A stretch of DNA of 64,000 nt, from NCBI GenBank assembly GCA_963668025.2, contig CAXXTH010000009.1, forward strand, positions 1 to 64,000, in the 5' to 3' direction. This DNA comes from Candidatus Hydrogenedentota bacterium. GTDB lineage: Bacteria; Hydrogenedentota; Hydrogenedentia; Hydrogenedentales; SLHB01. Made by a program: the position numbers and the translations under genes. Within the stretch, counting starts at the first letter, position 1, and each line of letters opens with the position of its first letter. Positions 28,882-38,666 of this stretch are shown here, piece by piece. The notes below the pieces were generated by a model that had not been told where the DNA came from, ran no database searches, and worked only from the letters and a program-made list of their open reading frames with translations.

Positions 28882-30333
28882 ATGCGGCCCATCAGGAGGA
28901 GGAGGCACACATTGTCCATTGAATGCCATGCGCATGAGCTGATAGATACGCTGCGAGACAGCCGGGATGAATTTGAACGCATGGCCAGTGCGCGCTCGCT
29001 TGCGTCGCTGGGAGCAGGCGCGGCATGCGCGGCTCCTGAATTGGCCGCCCTGCTTGAATCCACCAAAGCGCCTGTCGCCGCCGCGGCCGCCTTCGTGCTA
29101 GCCGAAATGGGACGCCCCGCGCTGTCAGCCTGCCCTGATCTGCTACAAGCGCTCATGGCCCAGTTGTCCCATCCCGATGGAGAAGTGCGCCATTGGAGCG
29201 CGGTAGCCATGGGCCGCCTAGGCGAACTCGCCGCGCCTGCAGCCTCCCGGCTCGCTGAATTGCTGTCGGATCCCGATGAGGGCATCTTGCTGGCCGTGAT
29301 GCATGCCCTTTATGAAATCGGCCCGCCTGCGCGTGAAGCGGCTCCCCGATTATTGAAACTGCTCGAACACTCCTCGTCCCCTGTGCGCCAAGCGGCCATT
29401 AAGGCCTTGCTGCAAGTGGATCCGGCGGGCGATGTGACGAGAAACGGGCTTATCGAGGCCATGGCAGCTTCACCGCCCCGGACTCGAGTGCATGCCTCGC
29501 TAGTTGTACTGCGCATGTCGCGGATGCCCGAGTATTCGCGTTCGGCGGCATTGTCATGCCTTATCGAATGCCTTGAAGCCGCCGCGCCCCAAACACGGCA
29601 GGAAGCCGCCGCAGGCCTTGGCCAGCTTCCCTCGCCCCCGGAAGCCGTTGTCCGCGCCTTGGCGAAATTGCTCCAGGACCGGTATGAGTCGGTGCGCTAC
29701 GAAGCGATGCAAGCCTTGCTCCATATGGGAGAAGCGGCAAAGCCCGCGCTCGCGCAAATGGTGGCCGCCCTGGATGATCCGGAGGATCGGGTGCGCCATG
29801 CGGCTATTTTAGCCATCGAACGCGTGGCCCCAAAAACCAGTGATCCCGATGTCGTCGAAGGCATGGCCAAGCGCCTGGAAGATCCCAGCCCGCTGGTGCA
29901 AGCCGCCGCCCTCGCCGCTTTTCCCCGCATCTGCCGGGATGAGTCTTTCGCCGCCTCGAAACTCGCCCAGCGGCTTCAATGTCCGGACGAGCATGTGCGC
30001 GCCGCCGCCGCGGACGCCATGCGCCATATTTCCCCCTCGGAAACCGTGTTGTCCGCGCTTCGGAGCGCATTGAACGATGAATGCCTTCTAGTGCGGATCA
30101 ACGCCGCTTTTGCGCTGGCCAAGCACGGCGCGCCGTATGAAGAAGCGCATCCCACGTTTGCCCTGGCCATCGAATCGCAAGACGCCCAGGCACAGGTGGC
30201 TGCCTTGAACGCATTGAAAATGCTGGGTGCTGTGGCGGCTCCGGCGGCTGCCCTCGTCGAGCAAAAATGCCAGGACAAAAATGCGTTTATTCGCGGGATC
30301 GCGGAGGCTGTTCTTCAAGAGTGGAAAAAATAA
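28882..30333 (+). CDS. HEAT-repeat protein (likely start TTG at 28912)
   Basis: Repeated L.DPD..VR..A..AL motifs; AGGAGG upstream of 28912. Confidence 0.88.
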   Translation: MRPIRRRRHTLSIECHAHELIDTLRDSRDEFERMASARSLASLGAGAACAAPELAALLESTKAPVAAAAAFVLAEMGRPALSACPDLLQALMAQLSHPDGEVRHWSAVAMGRLGELAAPAASRLAELLSDPDEGILLAVMHALYEIGPPAREAAPRLLKLLEHSSSPVRQAAIKALLQVDPAGDVTRNGLIEAMAASPPRTRVHASLVVLRMSRMPEYSRSAALSCLIECLEAAAPQTRQEAAAGLGQLPSPPEAVVRALAKLLQDRYESVRYEAMQALLHMGEAAKPALAQMVAALDDPEDRVRHAAILAIERVAPKTSDPDVVEGMAKRLEDPSPLVQAAALAAFPRICRDESFAASKLAQRLQCPDEHVRAAAADAMRHISPSETVLSALRSALNDECLLVRINAAFALAKHGAPYEEAHPTFALAIESQDAQAQVAALNALKMLGAVAAPAAALVEQKCQDKNAFIRGIAEAVLQEWKK

Positions 30334-30349
30334 CTCCACGCTTGCTTAT

Positions 30350-31111
30350 TTACAGAGAACATATATTGTCCGTGTACTTGACGCAAACATAAATCACATC
30401 CGTGCTCGATTCCGCTTTGAATGGGCTCTTGTCATATGCGCCATACACGGCTTCTACATGAAAACCAGCCGCTTGCGCGGCGGCGTCCAGGTGTCCTCGA
30501 GTCCAATTGCGCAAGATAGCCGTTTCACTATGGCTGCTGGCGCCTTCCCCACCCAGGACGAAATAGCTTAACGTTAGATACGTGTGCTCTTCATGCGGAA
30601 CGAGCGTCTTGACGCCGGTGGCTGGCCGGCCTCCTTCGGCGGCGTGCTCAATCCGTAAACGCGCTTCGGCCATGCCGGGCTGGGCGTAATTCAAGATTTG
30701 GGCCACGAAGACGCCGCCAGGCGAAAGATGGGCATATGCCCCACAAAAAGTAGCATGTAAATCAGATTCTGAGGTGAGAAGCGATAAACTGTTGCCCAGG
30801 CACACGGCGAGATCCCACGGCCCGCTCGTGATGGCGCGCATATCGCCAGTTTCATATTTGATCCGTGGATGGGGCCGCATATGGCGCGCATGGGCGATCA
30901 TCTCCCCGCTATAATCGCGCGCATCCACATCCGCCCCATTTTGGGCGAACAGCAGGGCGTGGATGCCCGTTCCACACGCCATATCGAGCACACGCCCGCC
31001 GGGTGCGCGGCGATAAAGCGCCAGCAACAACGGCTCTTCACGTTGCATGCGTTTGGCCCCGCCCGAAAATAGTTCATAATAACTGGCCTGTTGGGAAAAT
31101 GCTTCCGCCAT
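30350..31111 (-). CDS. Class I SAM-dependent methyltransferase
   Basis: RVLDMACGTG, DYSGEMI, GDMR, CLGNSL, LSPGG. Confidence 0.9.
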   Translation of the reverse strand: MAEAFSQQASYYELFSGGAKRMQREEPLLLALYRRAPGGRVLDMACGTGIHALLFAQNGADVDARDYSGEMIAHARHMRPHPRIKYETGDMRAITSGPWDLAVCLGNSLSLLTSESDLHATFCGAYAHLSPGGVFVAQILNYAQPGMAEARLRIEHAAEGGRPATGVKTLVPHEEHTYLTLSYFVLGGEGASSHSETAILRNWTRGHLDAAAQAAGFHVEAVYGAYDKSPFKAESSTDVIYVCVKYTDNICSL

Positions 31112-31305
31112 GAACCGCCCTCCTATGTGTATCAATAACCGTAACAAGATTTTTTTGATAGCGATTTCGTTGCTAAAAAAACACGTTCGGGCGCTTCATC
31201 GATTAGTGACAATGATTGTGGGCAGGCCCAATCTTGTCAATCATGTAAATCATGTCTAAAAAAGCCCTTGCTTCGGCTCACAAAATACGAGTTACAATAG
31301 AGAAA

Positions 31306-31332
31306 CGGCGGCGCAAGCCTTCCGCGCCGCCG
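31306..31332 (-). terminator. Probable terminator downstream of katA
   Basis: CGGCGGCGC...GCGCCGCCG stem followed by TTTCT on the minus strand. Confidence 0.55.
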
Positions 31333-31349
31333 CTCGTATACATCTAGAT

Positions 31350-32795
31350 TCATGCAAGCCCAATGAGCTTGGCGATGCCATCTCCATATGCCTTATCCGC
31401 TTTGTGAAAATGAACGAGCATCTTCTCTTGTATGGCCTTAGGCGCTTTGCCCAGCGAGCCCGCAATCGCTTGCATCAACCGCTGTTGCTCGTCCGGCGGC
31501 ATCAGGCGGAACAGATTTCCGGGCTGAATGTAGTCATCATCCACGCCGCGCTTTTGTTCATACCGGTCCGCATCGCCGGATATCTTGAGCGGCGGCTCAT
31601 CATACCGGTGGTCTTCCATCGGGCCGCCGAAAGTGTTGGGCTCGTAATTCGGCGAACGGCCGCCGTTATCATCAAAGCGCATCGCACCGTCTCGCTGATA
31701 GTTATTGGCCTTCGCAGCGTGAGGGCAATTGATGGGGAGGCGCTCGAAATTGGCCCCGAGCCGGTAGCGGTGGGCGTCCGCATACGCGAACAAGCGCGCT
31801 TGAAGCATCTTGCACGGCGAGAACGATATACCCGGCGGCACGTTCGCGGGTGAAAACGCCGCCTGCTCGACTTCCGCGAAATAGTTCTCGGGATTGCGGT
31901 TCATCTCGAGCACGCCCACTTCTTGCAGCGGGTAATCCGCATGCGGCCACACTTTCGTAAGGTCGAAGGGATTCCACCGGTATGTTTCCGCGTCACACTC
32001 GGGCATGATCTGGACGTAAAACGTCCATTTTGGAAACGAGCCTTCTTCAATGAGATTGAAGAGCTGGCGGGTATGGAAATCGGGATCCGTCCCGGCGAGG
32101 CGCTCCGCCTCCTCTTGGGGCATGCATTGGACGCCTTGCTGGGTCTTGAAATGGAACTTCACCCAGAACCGCTCGTTCTTCGCATTGATGAAGCTATAGG
32201 TATGGCTGCCAAAACCATGCATATACGGGATGCCCTTGGGGAGGCCGCGGTCTGAAAACAGAATGGTGATTTGATGCAAGGCCTCCGGCACCTGGGACCA
32301 GAAATCCCACTGCATGGTGTCGCAATGGGTGTTGCTCCTCGGGTCACGCTTCTGCGTATGGATGAAATCCGGGAATTTGATGGCGTCACGGATAAAGAAG
32401 GTCGGCGTATTATTGCCCACCATGTCCCAGTTGCCCTCTTCCGTGTAGAACTTGAGGGCAAAGCCGCGCACGTCGCGCACGGTATCCGCCGAGCCTTTCT
32501 CACCCGCCACAGTCGAGAAACGTCCAAATACCTCGGTTTGCTTGCCGATTTCCGAAAAGATTTTCGCTTTCGTATAGGCCGTAATATCTTTTGTCACCGT
32601 GAACACGCCATGAGCGCCCGCCGCTTTGGCGTGTACGACGCGCTCGGGAATGCGTTCCCGGTTGAAATGGGCCAGCTTTTCCAGCATATAGTGATCTTGC
32701 AACAGCGTGGGTCCGCGTTCACCGGCGGTCAGCGACGTTTGATTGTCCGGAACCGGTATGCCCGAGGCAGTCGTCAGCTTGTTCGTATCCGTCAT
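31350..32795 (-). CDS. katA: Monofunctional heme catalase
   Basis: [38 protein letters not shown]. Confidence 0.97.
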   Translation of the reverse strand: MTDTNKLTTASGIPVPDNQTSLTAGERGPTLLQDHYMLEKLAHFNRERIPERVVHAKAAGAHGVFTVTKDITAYTKAKIFSEIGKQTEVFGRFSTVAGEKGSADTVRDVRGFALKFYTEEGNWDMVGNNTPTFFIRDAIKFPDFIHTQKRDPRSNTHCDTMQWDFWSQVPEALHQITILFSDRGLPKGIPYMHGFGSHTYSFINAKNERFWVKFHFKTQQGVQCMPQEEAERLAGTDPDFHTRQLFNLIEEGSFPKWTFYVQIMPECDAETYRWNPFDLTKVWPHADYPLQEVGVLEMNRNPENYFAEVEQAAFSPANVPPGISFSPCKMLQARLFAYADAHRYRLGANFERLPINCPHAAKANNYQRDGAMRFDDNGGRSPNYEPNTFGGPMEDHRYDEPPLKISGDADRYEQKRGVDDDYIQPGNLFRLMPPDEQQRLMQAIAGSLGKAPKAIQEKMLVHFHKADKAYGDGIAKLIGLA

Positions 32796-32946
32796 GGCCG
32801 AATCCTCCATTCTGTTGTTCGCGCCCGCGCTACTCTGTACAGGAGAGAAACCACTCGAGGCGCAATTCCCCATTCAGATATTGTTTTACCTTATGCGCTT
32901 GCCGCCTCTCCACCTCCCTTCCATCAAAATCGTAATATTTTGCATT

Positions 32947-32961
32947 TAGGAATTCTTCTTA
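32947..32961. promoter_or_regulatory. Putative PerR box upstream of katA
   Basis: TAGGAAT-T-CTTCTTA, imperfect 7-1-7 palindrome similar to the two upstream of perR. Confidence 0.55.
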
Positions 32962-32983
32962 TCGCCTTTGCAACAAAAAACGT

Positions 32984-33436
32984 TCATTTGGCCTTGCGGG
33001 TGCAGGAGGCGCAGATCCCTTTCACTTCAATATGCAACGAAACCGGTTCGCCAAACGTTTTCGCCTCGTCCGGGATCGCAAGGCCCTTCAGTTCATCCGT
33101 GATGAAATCGCGGATCAACCCGCACTTCACGCAGGTAAAATGATGATGAGATTCCATATTTGCGTCAAACCTTAGCCTTTCCTGGCTCATGCCCACAATC
33201 GAGAGAATCCCATGCTCCGCCAGCAGCTTGAGATTCCGGTACACGGTATCGAGTGAAATCGTTGGGATGCGCTTGCGCACACGCGCATGAATCGCTTCCA
33301 CATCGGGATGTTCCGCCGTCGCCGCCAGCGCCCGGTAGATTTCCATGCGCTGGTGGGTGACCTTCAAGCCGTGCGCTTCGCACAAGCGGCGGAATTCGCC
33401 CATCCGTTCATCCATTTTATTATGCACAACGGCCAT
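32984..33436 (-). CDS. perR: Fur-family peroxide-responsive repressor
   Basis: LKVTHQR, EHPD, ISLDTVYRNL, RFDAN..HHHFTCVKCG, C-terminal CxxC; adjacent to catalase. Confidence 0.88.
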   Translation of the reverse strand: MAVVHNKMDERMGEFRRLCEAHGLKVTHQRMEIYRALAATAEHPDVEAIHARVRKRIPTISLDTVYRNLKLLAEHGILSIVGMSQERLRFDANMESHHHFTCVKCGLIRDFITDELKGLAIPDEAKTFGEPVSLHIEVKGICASCTRKAK

Positions 33437-33451
33437 ATAAACGCCCCGATT

Positions 33452-33483
33452 TCAGAATAATTCCTAGTTAGGAGTATATCCTA
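33452..33483. promoter_or_regulatory. Two tandem putative PerR boxes upstream of perR
   Basis: TCAGAAT-A-ATTCCTA (33452-33466) and TAGGAGT-A-TATCCTA (33469-33483). Confidence 0.5.
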
Positions 33484-33705
33484 ATAAGCGCGGAGTGTCA
33501 ATAGCATAAATCTCAAAATCCTTTTCTTTCGCCTCAAAATGCACAAGATGCTCAAGTAGAATTTATCCATCGTGTGTCTCTTGCGCTTCTTGTGGCAAAT
33601 ACAGCTCCTTCAGATTCGACTTAATATCTCTAGAGAATAACATGCGTTTCCCGGAAGCATCTTCGTGCGGTGTAAGATACTGTAGAAATGAAAGGGAGCG
33701 TTGCA

Positions 33706-35802
33706 ATGTCGGCTACGGATGCAGAACTGCTGGAAAAATGGCGCATCGCTTCGGATGGGGAAGCGTTCCACGAGTTGGTGTCGCGCCATGGCGGCATGGT
33801 GCGGCGCACCTGCGCGCGGATCTTGCGCGACCCTGGCGCGGCGGACGATATCACACAGGAATGCTTCATCAAACTCTGGCAGGTCAAACAGGTGCGGGGC
33901 GGCTCCCTGGGCGGGCTTCTCCATACCTTGGCCACGCATCTTTCCCTGAATCGGTTGCGAGCGGAATCGCGCCGCCGCGAACGGGAGATCGACTACGCCA
34001 CCGAAGGTGTGCATGCCGATACGGAACGGTGGGCGGAGGTGCTTCCTTTTGTGGATGAGGCCATCGCGGATTTGCCGGAAAAACTGCGTTATCCCGTAAT
34101 CATGCACTTCCTGGAAGGCCAGGCCTATGCCGCCATCGCCCAGTCGCTCACGGTCGATGAATCGACCGTGAGATACCGGGTGCAGAAAGCGCTGGAACGC
34201 ATGCGGCAATTCATGAAACGGCGTGGCGTGGCGCTGGGCTCCGGGGCGCTGGCCAGCGCCTTGGAAATGGAAGGAACGCATGCCGCTGGATTGCCCGAGG
34301 GCTTGCAGGCGGCCCTTGGAAAACTGGCCGTCGCGGGAAAGACTCTATCGGTGGGAGCCGCTCCGCTGGGCGGTTCCGTGGCGATAACAATAGGGGGCGT
34401 GATGTTGATGTGGAAGCACGTGCTGATTGTCCTAGGAATTCTAGCGGCTGTCTCGGGATTCTACTTTGTTGTCGTCGCACCCGCGATACACCATGCGCGG
34501 CAGGAAGCCGCGCAAGCGGTGAAGATTCCGCCTGTGGAACCGCCCGCTGCTGACATGGAGAGTAGCGCGCCGAGAGTCAATTCCACTGAACCTCAAAACA
34601 CCGCTTTACCGGTTTCGCCAGATGTCCTCAAGCAACGGATGTCCGTTGCTATGCAACAAAACTCGCAAGAGACCACCCACAGTCCGCAAATGCCACTCAG
34701 ATCCGAAGATATCTCGAAGGACAACGGCGCGCACTATTTCCTGTTGGCCACTGAATTGCTGCCGGACTTGGATATGTCTGTTTTCGAGGAACGCTGGAAG
34801 ACGCTTAAGGAATCAGGAAACATCAATGACCCGGAATTCCTGGCCATGCTCGCCAGATTCCAGGGTGCCTTCAATGCGATTCGGATGGGCTTGCAGGTGG
34901 GCAACGCTACGCTGCCGTTTCCTTCCGATCTGTTGAACACATCCTGGGAGCATTATGCCAAATTCAAGAACCTTGCACGCGCAATGAATATGGAAGCGGA
35001 GTATTATGCCCTTCAAGGGGACTACCGCTCGTCTTTCGATGACTACAACACGGTCCTGGCCTTCGGAAGCGAATCTTCCCGAGGCGGCTTGGTTGCCGGC
35101 GGGGAAGTAGGGCATGCTATCGAGAATGGTGCGGCCCAATCCCTCCGGGAGTCCCTGTCTTGTGGCATGGCGACGCCGGATGATTACCGCTATCTCATCC
35201 AGAAAATGGCGGACCTGGATAAAAATAGGAGTACCATTTCTGAAAGTATGTATGACGAGAGTTATCTTTTCGAAGTAGGCTGTGGCAATCTACAGAAGGA
35301 GGGCGTGGACCTGGGCACATTCATCCTAGCAGACAAAAGCATGCTCCCCACGCAAGACCTAATCATCAGTTTCGCGGACGAAATGCGCATGGGAGCGGAG
35401 TATTGCGCACTGCCATACTACGAGGCCCATTCATTCGATCTGGATGCAGTTTTGAGTAAAGACCCCGCCATGAGCGAAATGCGATTCTCCTATGAAAACC
35501 TAGTCGCAGAAGAAGCAGAGACTCACGCACAAATCCGAGGGACCATGCTCTCCGCCGCTATCGAATCATACCGCGTGGAGACGGGCGCGTATCCCCATGC
35601 GCTCGCGGATCTCGTGCCAAACCACATCGCCAGCCTTCCCGAAGACCCCTTCTCCGGCCAGCCGTTTGAATATGCGCCCACGGATTCCGGTTATTTGCTC
35701 TACAGCACAGGCCCGGACATGACGAACAACAGTGGCGAACCCATAAGCGAAGAAGGCCCCTTCCCAAAACGCGAGGGGGACATTGTGCTCCACGAAGGGT
35801 AG
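33706..35802 (+). CDS. ECF sigma factor fused to a TM helix and an extracytoplasmic domain with GspG-like C-terminus (paralog 1; alternative start 33688)
   Basis: TDAELL...EAFHELV.RH...ADDITQECF (sigma2), AIADLP...AIAQSL...STVRYRV.KAL (sigma4); TM VLIVLGILAAVSGFYFVVV; AIESYR.ETG.YP...DPFSG...LYSTGPD. Confidence 0.9.
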   Translation: MSATDAELLEKWRIASDGEAFHELVSRHGGMVRRTCARILRDPGAADDITQECFIKLWQVKQVRGGSLGGLLHTLATHLSLNRLRAESRRREREIDYATEGVHADTERWAEVLPFVDEAIADLPEKLRYPVIMHFLEGQAYAAIAQSLTVDESTVRYRVQKALERMRQFMKRRGVALGSGALASALEMEGTHAAGLPEGLQAALGKLAVAGKTLSVGAAPLGGSVAITIGGVMLMWKHVLIVLGILAAVSGFYFVVVAPAIHHARQEAAQAVKIPPVEPPAADMESSAPRVNSTEPQNTALPVSPDVLKQRMSVAMQQNSQETTHSPQMPLRSEDISKDNGAHYFLLATELLPDLDMSVFEERWKTLKESGNINDPEFLAMLARFQGAFNAIRMGLQVGNATLPFPSDLLNTSWEHYAKFKNLARAMNMEAEYYALQGDYRSSFDDYNTVLAFGSESSRGGLVAGGEVGHAIENGAAQSLRESLSCGMATPDDYRYLIQKMADLDKNRSTISESMYDESYLFEVGCGNLQKEGVDLGTFILADKSMLPTQDLIISFADEMRMGAEYCALPYYEAHSFDLDAVLSKDPAMSEMRFSYENLVAEEAETHAQIRGTMLSAAIESYRVETGAYPHALADLVPNHIASLPEDPFSGQPFEYAPTDSGYLLYSTGPDMTNNSGEPISEEGPFPKREGDIVLHEG

Positions 35803-35840
35803 ATTCAGAACTCCTCCAAAAACTGGAGGAAATATTTCGA

Positions 35841-35923
35841 TTCATGGCTTGACAGCGGAACTATGCCGTTGTGTTCGCCTCGTTATAGGAATTCAACACG
35901 ACGGGCACAGCAACAGCCATGAA
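35841..35923 (+). other. Conserved stem-loop downstream of ECF paralog 1 (candidate structured RNA)
   Basis: GTTGTGTTCG/CGGGCACAGC stem with G.U pairs, outer TTCATGGCT/AGCCATGAA; repeated at 38354-38430. Confidence 0.45.
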
Positions 35924-35944
35924 TATGCCTCCTTCTCCTTTCTA

Positions 35945-36103
35945 TTCACCACGGGGACACAGGGATGCACGGGGAATGCATGCTGTAGCTCATACATGAA
36001 GCTTTTTAAGCGTGTGTAGATATTTTATGGTTTACTAATACGTGAACCGATTCACTTTTTTGGCCTAATCATTCCCCGTGCCTCCCCGTGTCTCCGTGGT
36101 GAA
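35945..36103. repeat. Inverted repeat of ~9-nt units (CACGGGGA type)
   Basis: 34-bp arms 35945-35978 and 36070-36103, 31/34 complementary. Confidence 0.85.
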
Positions 36104-36207
36104 AATCTTAAAAGAATTGGGACGCACCATATGCTTCCGCGCTTCTGTCTTCCCGGAAGCATCTTCGAGCGGTGTAAGATACTGTAGAAATGAACGGGAG
36201 CGTTGCA

Positions 36208-38313
36208 ATGTCGGCTACGGATGCAGAACTGCTGGAAAAATGGCGCATCGCCTCGGATAGCGAAGCGTTCCACGAGCTGGTGTTGCGCCATGGCGGCATG
36301 GTGCGGCGCACCTGCGCGCGGATCTTGCGCGACCCTGGCGCGGCGGACGATATCACACAGGAATGCTTCATCAAACTCTGGCAGGTCAAACAGGTGCGAG
36401 GCGGTTCTCTGGGCGGGCTTCTCCATACTTTAGCCACGCATCTTTCCCTCAACCGGCTTCGAGCGGAATCGCGCCGCCGGGAGCGGGAGATCGACTACGC
36501 CACCGAAGGCGCGCATGCCGATACAGAACAGTGGGCGGAGGTGCTTCCTTTTGTGGATGAGGCCATCGCGGATTTACCGGAAAAGCTGCGTTATCCCGTA
36601 ATCATGCACTACCTGGAAGGCCAGGCCTATGCCGCCATCGCCCAGTCGCTCACGGTCGATGAATCGACCGTGAGATACCGGGTGCAGAAGGCGCTGGAAC
36701 GCATGCGCATTTTTCTGAAGCGGCGCCATATGGCCGTTGACGCGGGGATGCTGGCGGGCATTCTCGGGGCGGAACACGCGGCGGCCGCCGTTCTGCCGGA
36801 AGGCTTGCGGGCAATATTGGGGAAACTGGCCATCGCAAGCGAATCTCTCCCACTAGCGGTTCCGCCGCTTGCTGGGTCCATAACCGCAACCATTGGAGGT
36901 GTTGTATTGATGTGGAAGAATGTCATGATTGGAGTAGGGATTCTTTCTGTCGCGGCGGCGTTATTCTTTACTTTTGGCCTGCCCAGCATAAGAAGCGCCA
37001 AAGATGAAGCCATCCCGGAAGTGAAGGCCACCAGCTTGGAAACGCCTGACGACAATACCACGCCCATCGCGAATCCGGCGGAACCTCAACAAACCATTTC
37101 TCCAGACATTCTCAAGCAACTGATGATGCTCGCCATGCAGCAGAGCGCACAGCAGGCAGACTTAAAACCCGTGTCGTTTAAATCCGAGGATGTCCCGACG
37201 GACAACGGCGCGCATTACTTTTTGCTTGCCGCCGAACTCATGCCCGGCATCGATATAGGCGAGTTCGAGGAGCGTTGGAAGGCGCTGAAAGAATCGGGAA
37301 ATATCAACGATCCGGAATTTCTGGCGATGCTCGAGAAATTCCAGGAGGCCTTCAACGCCATCCGGATGGGCTTGGAGGTGGGCAATGTGCAGATGCCCAC
37401 TCCCTCTGATTGGCTCAATGCATCCATGGAGCATCTGGGTTCCTTCCGGCATCTTGCCCGCGCTTTTAACATCGAAGCGGAATATGATGCTCTTCAAGGC
37501 GATTACCGCACGGCCTTCGAAAATTACCGCACTATACTGGCTTTCGGCAGCGAATCCTCCCGGGGAGGCGTGCTCATCGGCGGCCTGGTGGGGCAGGCTA
37601 TCGAGAACGGCGCGGTGCAATCCCTCCGGGAATCGCTTTCCTATAACATGGCAACACCCGAGGAGTATCGCTATCTGATTCAAGAAATGTCACAAATGGA
37701 CCAGGGCATGTATACGATTTCCGAGAGTGTGATGGATGAAAATAATGCCTTTGGCATGTGGCTCGATGATATACAAGCGGCGGGCGTGGATGTGCGCTCG
37801 TTGATACCCGAAGAGGCGACAGTGGAACGGGGCCTGGTGGACAGCTTGACCGACACACAACTCGAAGCGGCGTTTCGCGGCGTCTTGCAAGCGGAAGATG
37901 TGATGGCGGAGTATTGCGCCCTGCCCTATTATGAAGCCCAAGCCATCGATCTCGACGCCTATCTGGGGACCGATCCAAATGTGCGTGCGCTCATGCCCGC
38001 TTATGATCGATTGGTGGCGCAGGAAGCCAACACACGCACGCAGTTTCGCGGGACCATGCTCTCCGCCGCTATCGAATCGTACCGCGCGGAGACTGGAGCG
38101 TATCCCGGTGAGCTTTCCAGCCTGGTTCCCAATTATGTGTCCAGCCTTCCAGAAGACCCATTCTCCGGCCAGCCTTTCGAGTATGCGCCTACGGATTCCA
38201 GTTATCTACTCTACAGCACAGGCCCGGATATGGTGAGCAATAGTGGCGAACCCATGGGCGAAGAAGGCCCCTTCCCCAAACGCGAGGGGGACATTGTGCT
38301 CCACGAAGGGTAG
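36208..38313 (+). CDS. ECF sigma factor fusion, paralog 2 (alternative start 36190)
   Basis: Sigma domain nearly identical to paralog 1; same C-terminus EEGPFPKREGDIVLHEG. Confidence 0.9.
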   Translation: MSATDAELLEKWRIASDSEAFHELVLRHGGMVRRTCARILRDPGAADDITQECFIKLWQVKQVRGGSLGGLLHTLATHLSLNRLRAESRRREREIDYATEGAHADTEQWAEVLPFVDEAIADLPEKLRYPVIMHYLEGQAYAAIAQSLTVDESTVRYRVQKALERMRIFLKRRHMAVDAGMLAGILGAEHAAAAVLPEGLRAILGKLAIASESLPLAVPPLAGSITATIGGVVLMWKNVMIGVGILSVAAALFFTFGLPSIRSAKDEAIPEVKATSLETPDDNTTPIANPAEPQQTISPDILKQLMMLAMQQSAQQADLKPVSFKSEDVPTDNGAHYFLLAAELMPGIDIGEFEERWKALKESGNINDPEFLAMLEKFQEAFNAIRMGLEVGNVQMPTPSDWLNASMEHLGSFRHLARAFNIEAEYDALQGDYRTAFENYRTILAFGSESSRGGVLIGGLVGQAIENGAVQSLRESLSYNMATPEEYRYLIQEMSQMDQGMYTISESVMDENNAFGMWLDDIQAAGVDVRSLIPEEATVERGLVDSLTDTQLEAAFRGVLQAEDVMAEYCALPYYEAQAIDLDAYLGTDPNVRALMPAYDRLVAQEANTRTQFRGTMLSAAIESYRAETGAYPGELSSLVPNYVSSLPEDPFSGQPFEYAPTDSSYLLYSTGPDMVSNSGEPMGEEGPFPKREGDIVLHEG

Positions 38314-38666
38314 ATTCAGCACTTCTCCTAAAATCAGAAGAAAGATTTTCATGCATGGCTTGACAGCCGAATCCTGTCGTTGTGTTCGTCTCGTTATAGG
38401 AATTCAACACGACGGGCACAACGGCCACGAATATGCCTCTTCCTTTCATTTCACCACGGAGAACACGTTCGAGCACAGTTGCCTTGAATAGGTTTCCGTT
38501 TAAAGATACCCTGTGGCGCGTCTCAAAACGTTGATGACTTCAACGTATTTCGATATACATCAGAAGGACGCTGGGTTAATGGCGAGTACATCGTCTAGAA
38601 TGGGGAATAGACCACCCGGGCGCTGATGTTGTGGAATGTGATTTTGAACTGCCGGGGTTATAAACT

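Noticed and set aside
35850-35935. Minus-strand small peptide MAVAVPVVLNSYNEANTTA behind AAGGAGG
   Set aside because: RBS, start codon and stop are not conserved in the second copy; base-pairing is conserved instead
33648-38466. Assembly artefact duplication of the ECF gene
   Set aside because: The central regions are strongly diverged with in-frame indels, so these are real paralogs
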